64,000 nt of DNA from assembly GCA_964187785.1 (NCBI GenBank), contig OZ076409.1:97280001-97344000 (forward strand), in the 5' to 3' direction. A program made the translations under genes and the position numbers. The number at the start of each line of letters is the position of its first letter. Position 1 is the first letter of the stretch. Source of the stretch: Amphiscolops sp. MND2022 (taxonomy: Eukaryota). Positions 55,173 to 64,000 of the stretch are shown here, piece after piece. The notes under the pieces were generated by a model. The model saw nothing but the letters and a program-made list of their open reading frames with translations. It made no database searches and was not told the origin of the DNA.

Positions 55173-58100
55173 TTTGTCTCCCAATAATCGGTCTTGATCA
55201 AATTTTACATTCATTGTATGTCGCAAAGCAGTTGTCAACCAAACTATCTTTCCGAAGCGTCCTCATTTGATTGACGCGCTTCTAGGTTATAGGAGTCGTT
55301 TGCCAAAAGTGTTCACTCTTCGTGCTCCACAGATTGCTGGTAACACGTTAGCTTTCATCGATGGGAATTGATGAAATCAGCTGTAAAACAGTAGGAGATG
55401 CTTCGTAATCTGATTCTACTCCAAAATTAGTAATCACAAAAAATTGTTAACTCAACAGGCGAGAAATGCTGTTTTTTGTTCATACTCGGCTACCAGCTTA
55501 GACTAACAACAATTTCGCTCCCTGGCTGTCATCTTGTTTTTTTTTGTTGTTAACTTGCAGATGAACCTTTAAAAAGATTCAGTCAAAAGCGTCACAAATA
55601 ATTCTAACGTTCTTGTCCCATCAAACATGTAACAGTTCGGTTATTTTTGCAAAAGTCGCTTTTCCTGTTCCAAGTTATTTGTGCGTTTTTTGAGAAATTT
55701 GGTAATTACATAATGGGTTACTTCTAAGTTGGGGGATTTTTATTTTCCACCAGTTTTCTCAGATCTGTGCAAAATGGCGCCTGTCAAGTTTTCTCCTGTT
55801 TCAAGCGAAAGGGATGATCCCAGATTTGTGCAAGGTCTCGTGGAATCTCGCTTCTCTGATTCCAAAGCGTCAGATTTAAAATGCTATAGTTCATATTGCT
55901 ATCGCGATTGTCAGAAGCATACAAGCCTCATATCCGAGACAACCAAGTCGGCTTCCACAAAACAAGACGAGAACCTCTCGAATCGGCGCTACACATAAGG
56001 CTGTAAAAGCGCAAAATTTTTAAAATATGCCCAGAACAATTTTATGAAAAACTCAAAAAAGTTTTAAAACACCCAAGAGGAGCCTCTCGTGTTCTGAAAA
56101 TGCTTCAAAAGTTCGCATATAGAGTACTGAGACAAATTGGAGCGCTTTTTTTGAACCTACGCGTCCTCAGTAAAACGCAATATAGTTCCGATATAAATCA
56201 AAATTTCGGAAATAGGGCAATCTTTTTAAACCACCTCCACCTCCTCTTTAGTGAAACGCAATCTACTTCGGATATAACGTCAAAACTAGGATAACATTTT
56301 TAAAATAATAATTGGCCGGTCCAATAGTTTAGAAGTTTCTGTAAAAAGTGTAAAATGTCTCCACTACCCATACATTCTGTTATCTTATGAAAAAAATCTA
56401 GCCTTTGTAGACTACTAAAATGCATCGACTGAAAAAGAGATTGCCGCAATCAGGTTTTCGCGTTGAGGCAAATTCTGGAACATAGAAACGAACACAACAG
56501 AGCCACGGTCACGATATTAATTAACTTCAAGGCATCTTTTGTCAGTGTCAAGCGAGATGCAATATGGCAACTGTTGGAGATTCATGGTTGGGCCCCCTAG
56601 ACGCTAAGACACCAGGTGTGAGGAAGTCCAATTCAATGGTTAGGAGAGAGTTTTACCTCCAATTGGAATTTTAAATTGAAAAGGAGGCTCTGCTTCCTTA
56701 AAAAGGAGGCTCTGTAGCTTGCAGCGTATACGACACCTTCTTTACGTCAACTTTTTCCGACTCGCCATCCTTCTAACAACGGGCTCCTTTCATTTTTGCC
56801 CCAACATGGAAAATGAGTTTCAGTACGCACGGTCCTTTTTTTATTGTTTAAATGTTCAAGAGAAAATTGGACGCAACACAAGAAAAAGCTTGTTTTCGTG
56901 GATAAGCCTGTTCACTTGAAGTTACTGTCAATTTATCTCTTCAGTTTTTGCTCTATCGGCTCAGGACTATCGACGGAGAAACCAGATTGTAATAATTCAA
57001 CTTAGTTTGAAGATGGTAGTTATAAATTCCAGTCAGTCGAATATGTTCACTAAATACAATCTGCAGTTCTGTATAAAGAATACGACCACATTCAAACCAG
57101 CGGTTCACACAATTACTTTAGGCACAATTCAATCTTGCTTAAGCGCCAACTTTTCAACAAAATTACAAGTCACGAACTTGTTGAAAAATCTACTCTGAGC
57201 TATCGACAACACAATCGTCTAAGAAATTATCTTGTCTCCGCAAAACTAAGCTTGCTTTTAGCACTCAAATTTGGTTGTGTCTATTCGATTCTATTTCAGT
57301 TCGAATGTTTATAATCGCGCCCACGTGGAAGTTTCCTCCTGGTTGACTGAGAAAAACGTGGAGAATGACAGTTGGAAACAACCTCAAACCGATTCTGAAA
57401 CCACTTCAAATGCGACAAAAAATATGGAGAAAAAAGGAAGGAGATTGTTAGTTTCCAGACACTATTAAGGTACCTGTAGACTTCGGAATTGTGCGCGTGA
57501 ACGATAACAAGGAACTATTCGAACTCTTTTTCTAATCCCACAAAACTTGAAAACTTATTGAGAAGTGATTAACGACGGTTTTGTTCACAGGAAATTGGTT
57601 CTCAAACCCAAAAACTCAACAAGCTGAAAAGCTCTTCTTTTGGACTTTTCTGAGAGATTGCTATAACGTTTGCTTTATTGTAAAGCTTTTGGAATAAATG
57701 ATTTTCTATTCTGTTCTATTCTTTTCGATTTTATTCTATTTCATTCTGTGTGTTTGTGACCTTCACAGGAATGAATCAAAAATAGTAAGAGTCCTTTTAT
57801 TGGCGTAAGCAGAGGTGTCAAAAATAGCTCGCCGTAGGTTCAAACAAAAGACCAGCAATCTTAATGGCATTTTGAGTTCACGCTCCAAATGTTTGTGCTC
57901 CAAATGAGCGATAGGTAAAGTTGTCTCACTGATGTAGGATTCAAACACAAAGGATCGCGAACAACGTTGATTTGGCAGCCTTACAAGGATTCGTTTCTTG
58001 TTCAGTTTCTATTTGACGAAATCGATTCCAAACATCGAGATTTCAAGCATCTGTAAACATTGCTGTCAATCATTCAAGTTGGAACATTTCTTGGGAGCGA

Positions 58101-60043
58101 ACGAAATTTGACACATTGATAGTGAGAACAAAATGGCTGGTCAAGAAGTCTACGCTATTCCCGACTGTTCGAACGTTCTTCAGTTGAAGATGTGATTATG
58201 TAACAAGAGCTTCATCTAAACGACTGTAAAAATGTTTAATAGGTGAACCAAAAAAACGGAAGCATAAAAAGTTTTGTGCTCTCAAAATGTTAAATATTTG
58301 TCAACAAAATGTTTCCAAACAACTTTGAACGCTGAAGTTCAGCTTGTCAATCATTCAGTTTGACAACATTATTGCTTTCACACATTCGAGTGTCAAAGAA
58401 CTTTCGCACATCAGAAGTGCAAACAAAGTGACTGGTGAAGATGTCAAGAATTTCATTGAATGTTCAAATCATCTTTTGTTGAAGATTCGATTACGTAATG
58501 AGAGCTCCGATTTGAAAGATTGACTGGACAATTTTCTGAGCCTCGTTTACAAATATTACAATTTTGAAGAGCGACATTTTTGTGCGTTCCGTTTTTGGTC
58601 CGTGCAACGTCTTGCCTCCATGTTGGCGTTAACCCAGGTTTTTTATTGAAACTTCGTTTTGAGACTTGAATTTAATAATCATTGCTTAGTTGAAAAATTA
58701 AATCGATAGCTTTTCGTAAATGCCGTTACTTTTGTGAAATTTAATTGAAACGATGAAACTTCCCATGGCGAGATTCTGACGACAAAATTTCAGAATTTGC
58801 GAATACGACGAATATTCTCAGGACGAAATTTCTGACGACGGAATGTTTCCATTTTTATATCAACCAAAAATCAGTAAATGAAGCTTTTATATACTACACT
58901 GAATTTAATAATATTAAACAAAGGATTTCAACATGTTCGATTAGGTTATGTTCATTCACACGAATGCTTTCAAAAGTCGATGAATTACCTAAAATGTTTC
59001 TTGTCCGCATAATTACTTCTCAATTGTATGACATTTTTCAGTGTATCAGATCGTCTATTCTTCGAGGGAAATGCCAATTGCTGTGTGACAGATCCCAATA
59101 ACCAAAAAGGAAAGAAATTGCTTTTCATAAAATGAGTAAAATGAGATGGAAAAAATCGACTGCTGAACGCAAAAGCAAAACGGCCCAAATGTTTGTTGCA
59201 TTAATATGTTGAAAGACTGGTTCCAATGCACATGAGATTTAATGTCATTTCCACTCCAGTGATGTGTGAAAAAACAGAGAAACTTAATGATCTACTTTTC
59301 TGCCTGAAAATTCGTCTCGATTGAGTCAGAAGGCAGAATTTCATCAGCAAAGCTGCAAAATTGCTCAAATAATTTTTTCTTTGGTATCAATCAAGAATTT
59401 TGTTTGTTTTGAGTGAACTAATATTTAATCGAAAGTTTTCATTTTTCAAACAAACTCATCAAAAAATTGTTCAAAAAGACGTTTCCAACCCGCTCGAAAT
59501 GACAAAACGGATGTACAGTAATTCTATTTGTCACTTAAGGAAGAGGAAATTTTCGTTCCCAATTTCGCTGAATGGACATCTTCGAATAAACAAAATAAAA
59601 TTTCTCTTCCTGAGAATAATTTTTATTTTCGTGATGAAAAAAAAATAATTTATGGTCATTATTATTATTCTGTAAAAATCATTTTTTTCGGAGTCCTTGA
59701 GATATGTTACCATATTTACATTCTATTGGTCAAGCATGGCTAGCCTTTCAGCTGTGTTTTCAAAGTGTTTTCAAAGTGTATCACAAACGTCTGAATGCGT
59801 ATTGTTTCCATTTGTATCTGGCTTTTTCCTGCCAAACGCTTCACTTTTTGTCATTGAGGAATCCTTGAGCTCGCACTAAGCTAGGGCTGTAGTCCTTGTT
59901 CAAATTACAACGATGGTGAGATGAAAATAAATATTAAAACATGATACCGCCCCAATACAAGTCGAATGGCTTACACTACTATACCAGTCTCCTTTGTATT
60001 TAATCGGCGCTTTTGTTGACAAACAGACTCTAACAATGGCTAG

Positions 60044-60977
60044 TTTTTAGTCGGCGCTTCATGAAGTGAAACGCGACTATAATAGTGACTCTTTTTTCAA
60101 TCCACACGAACTGACCAAAACAGTTCTACAAAGTTCTACGAAATTTTAAGGTGTCAAATTGGACCATTTGGCCAAAGGAACTGAACCATAAAGGTTGTTC
60201 CTTTTTTACCATGACATACAAAACTGGACGAGACTAAAGTTTTGTATTTCAGTTTTTTGGCGATTTGCGCCAATTCGGTCCAATTTTTGGGTTTTTCAGG
60301 TACTGTGAAAGATATACTTGACACTTTGGAGCCCTTTTGTTATTTTTTGAAGCTTAGATGGGACGTTGACTATGCCAATCCCGGCTTTTTAGTCGGCGCT
60401 TCATGAAATGAAACGCGACTATTATAGTGACTCTTTTTTTCTATCCACACGAACTGACCAAAATAGTTCTTAAAAGTTCTATCAAATATTATGGTGTCAA
60501 ATTGCACCATTTGGCCTAGCGAACTGGGCCAAAAAAGTTTTCCCTGTTTTTCCGCGTATCATACCATACCGGGCAACACCAAAGGGTCCCCCATTTCAAT
60601 TTTTTCCGCACTGCGAGACATTTTTTTCGGAAAATTTTTTCCCCAAAGGGTGCCCCTGCATTTTTTTGATGTTTTGCGACAGAATGGATGTTGAAAAACC
60701 TCAAAGGGTCCCCCTTTCAGTTTTTCGGCATTGTGAGACTTTTTTAAGTTTTTTTTCTCCAAAGGGTCCCCCCTTCAACTGCGACAAAAATGTTGGCAAT
60801 TTCGGAAGTGTCCCCCGTTTAGCGCGCCATGGGCTCGCGCTAGCGGGCCCTGGCGCGCCACTCGGTCCATTTTTTTGGGTTTTCGATTTTCGAGTACTGT
60901 AAATTGAAACTTGGAAGTCCTTTTGCTATTTTTGAGCCTTGGATATGGCGCCGACTTGGGCCTGTCCCGGCTTGTTT
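60044..60977 (+). mobile_element. Two head-to-tail Helentron/DINE-like family A elements
   Basis: TTTTAGTCGGCGCTTCATGAA at about 60045 and 60387; 3' ends at about 60389 (degenerate) and 60977. Confidence 0.7.
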
Positions 60978-61733
60978 CTTTCTATTCCAGCATCACTTCG
61001 AAATTTCACGGTTCTCTTCTATTTCTTTGGTTTCAGTGCACGGCAATTCAAACGTTCGTGCGTTTAGTTATATGACGATCATTGACTTTTCAAGGAACTA
61101 CAGGAAAACCATCGGCACTCCTTTGAACTTTTCTCGCATTCTGATATTTTTTCGACAAAAGTTTTGTTTCAAACAGGTCTTCCTTCTGAATATTTTATAT
61201 ACCAATATTTTGTATTGTTTGGAAACATAAAGAAGCGAAGAAAGTCCAAGAGGTCCCCTTTTGATTTCCCCGGGACTATGCTACTGTTCTGAAGTTTCTC
61301 GATAACACTGTTCGATTACAAAGTTAGCACTATATTTGGCTGAGATGATTTTCTGTACTTTCGACGAGTTGTCCCCCGGAGAGCTTTCGACGAGTGGTTT
61401 TTGACGAGTTTTCCTATTTTAAGGTCGAGTTCCTTGGTCGTAGACTAATGTCAATATTTTTCTTGTTTTAGGGAGAATTCGTTGGAAATAACAATACCAA
61501 CTATTATGAAAAGAAGCGTGATTTTCTTCTTGCATATGTTCACAAGACACATTTAGGATCAAGAAGGGACTTTCTAAAAGTCCTTCGCTTAAAACCCCCA
61601 CTTAAAGACCGCTACATTTAGGGCTCAAAAAGCTTCAAAAACTTTTAATAACCTGCATCACGGTTCTTTGAAAGCTCAAGCAAATCATACAGTATTTCAA
61701 ATGGGAAAAACCACTAGATCCAATGGAAATTGT

Positions 61734-62670
61734 TTTTAGTCGGCGTTTTCGAAGAAAATCCCGACTCTTACAGTGGCTAGTTTTTTTTCGTCAGTTCAAC
61801 GCGATCGGTCCACTTTTTGTACATTATGCACTTTTACCATATGAACTTATTACTTCATTTTCAACGCATCCAAAGCCTCTAACATGAGATAAAAAGCCAT
61901 TCCAAATTAGACGGGTCCCCTTTCCACTTTTTTCGACACTATGAGACTTTCCCCTTTTTTAGTCGGCGCTTTTCGAAGAAAAACGCAGACTATAGTAGTG
62001 ACTTCTTTTTTTTTTAAGACCAACGAACTGACAGATTTTATAAAGAGTTATAAATAGCTGAGCTGACTATCACTATAATAGCTAATAGCTAAACGCTAGC
62101 TATCACTGCTGGCACTTGGCATAGAGGTTAATTAAGCTTTTTGAGGTCTGCCAAGAAGGACGTGGGTTCGAGTCCCGTCCTTGATCAAATTTTTTTGTGC
62201 AGGTTTTTTCGGCTTTGTGAGACTTTTTTCGCAAATTTTTTAAATGTCTCCAAAGGGTCCACCCTTCATTTTTTTCTATTTTGCATAAGAATGGATGTTC
62301 AAAACCTCCCAAAGGGCCCCTTTTACAATTTTTCGGCACTATGCGACTTACCGGAGACCAAAAAATTTCGAAAAAAAATTCAAAAAAATTCGGATTTTTT
62401 AAAATTTTTCCTCACGCGGGTACTGTAGAAGAGAATTCTTGACACTTTGAAGTCCTTTTGCTATTTTTGAGCCTTAGATATGGCGCCGACTTGGGCCGTT
62501 CCCGGCTTGTTTCAGCACTGTGAGACTGTTCAATTTTCTCATCTTTTTCCGAAATTTTTTTATTGCTCCCTCCATCTGTTCAAAAAGTCCCGAAGAGTCC
62601 CCCTTTTACATTTTTCGGCACTATGCGACTTACCTGAGACTTCAAAAAAAATTTCGAAAAAAAAATTACG
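61734..62670 (+). mobile_element. Nested Helentron/DINE-like family A elements (inner copy ~61956-62511)
   Basis: Two TTTTAGTCGGCG 5' ends; canonical 3' end at 62511; family-like sequence resumes afterwards. Confidence 0.65.
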
Positions 62671-64000
62671 GGCGCGCGAAATCTAGGGCATCCGTTTTTT
62701 AAAACCCTAATTGGACCTCTGGTACGAATTCGTACCAGTTAGTTTCTGCAAACTTCTAAGCGCACCAGCTGACGGTATGCTAAAGAAAACTCTTGAATAA
62801 GATTTTCAGACAATTTTACACAGCATTGCACGCATTGTCACGGAATATTTACATGATGTCTCCGGAGTTAAGAAAACCGGACCATAAAATCGAAAAAAAG
62901 TGCAAATTTTCGGTTTTTCCAGTTTTCGCTTGTGGCCAGTTTATCCGATTGGTATCAAGATTGGGTCAAAGTGTACCTAGCATGTTTTCAAACTTGCTGA
63001 AATGCAGTCAGAGACACGAGGCATGCAAAGTTTTGGCGCAAAGTCCGGAGCCAGTGTGGCTAACAGGCCACCGGTTCAGCAGTTCAAGAATCAAATTGAA
63101 AGCCCTGATTGTATCCTTTCGAACGCGCTTTGAAGTGTTTGTCGGACTTGCGTAGTTTAGGAGATTTTGCGGTTTAAAGTTCAAACATCAGATTTTTGGA
63201 TGGGTCCGGAAATTGGCTGGTCCACTTAGGGTTAAAAAAACGGCGGCGAGGAAACAGCGATGGTCAATGTTGTACAATTTTATACATTCTTGAATAGTTT
63301 TAAACAATTAACAGCTATGATGCTCAACTCTGGTAGCTTATAGAAATTAAACAAAACTATTAGAAAGATTTCTTTTTTTTGCTATCGGAACGAAGGTTTT
63401 ACAGATGCCATTGAAATTACGGACGATCGTCTGTAATTCATTGAACCGAGATAAGTGATATTTTCATCCTTTCCGGACATTTCGAGAAGTTTCTGAAAAA
63501 AAAATGCAAAAATTCACCCCTGGAACACGCTAAAACTGTATAGGAAAGCCCCTATTTCAACTCATAATTTCTCCGCCATAAATTAAAATGAACAACTTTC
63601 AACTGTGAACCAACGTAAAAGAGGATTATGTCGGCATCGACTATTTTATTGGACAGAAATTTCAGCGCAAACGATGTCGAAATAATGGTATTTTAAACTC
63701 GTTTCTTACACCGCCCAAAACCAACCCCCCCCCCGCCCCGCAATCACTCGATAAGAAACATGGTCCCAGGTCTTTTCTAAATTGATTCGGAAATTTTTTT
63801 CACACTCTCTTCCGTTCATTTTTTTAAAAAGTTGTCGTGAGAAATAAAAGCAAAAAGCTAATCCAACACTGAGTTTTTTCACTCTCTCTAGATTTGAACA
63901 CTTGCGTTTTTTCCGGACTAAAAGTTGACTGAGTCATTTGATTACTCACACTGAAAAAAATCAAATTTGTTTTCGGGTGCCAAAACTTCGCAGACGCAAT

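Overview
AT-rich, repeat-dense eukaryotic DNA, probably from an invertebrate animal (spliceosomal intron, class A GPCR). The main feature is an 18,317-bp Ty3/Gypsy-type element on the minus strand (6824-25140) with identical 237-bp LTRs and a CATG target-site duplication. It is organised like a complex retrovirus: a ~1.9-kb leader with a repeat array; one 2653-aa Gag-PR-RT-RH-IN polyprotein; a 490-codon Met-less Ser/Thr/Pro-rich ORF carrying PSAP and LYPxL late-domain motifs (only partly shown in the ORF track); a 769-aa envelope-like glycoprotein with a herpes-gB/chuvirus-G-like cysteine pattern and an in-frame extension behind its TAG; and two orphan ORFs (435 aa, and 158 aa with a TQT dynein-light-chain motif). 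It sits antisense in the ~20-kb intron of a rhodopsin-like GPCR gene (exons 5304-5469 and 25513-26486). The rest of the window holds a decayed Mag-like Gypsy element nested in a hAT MITE, a lightly decayed CR1/L2-group LINE, hAT remnants, MITEs and a foldback, and many Helentron/DINE-like non-autonomous elements (one with a ~172-bp tandem array, several with tRNA-like cassettes). All family calls come from motif recognition by eye; no database search was run.
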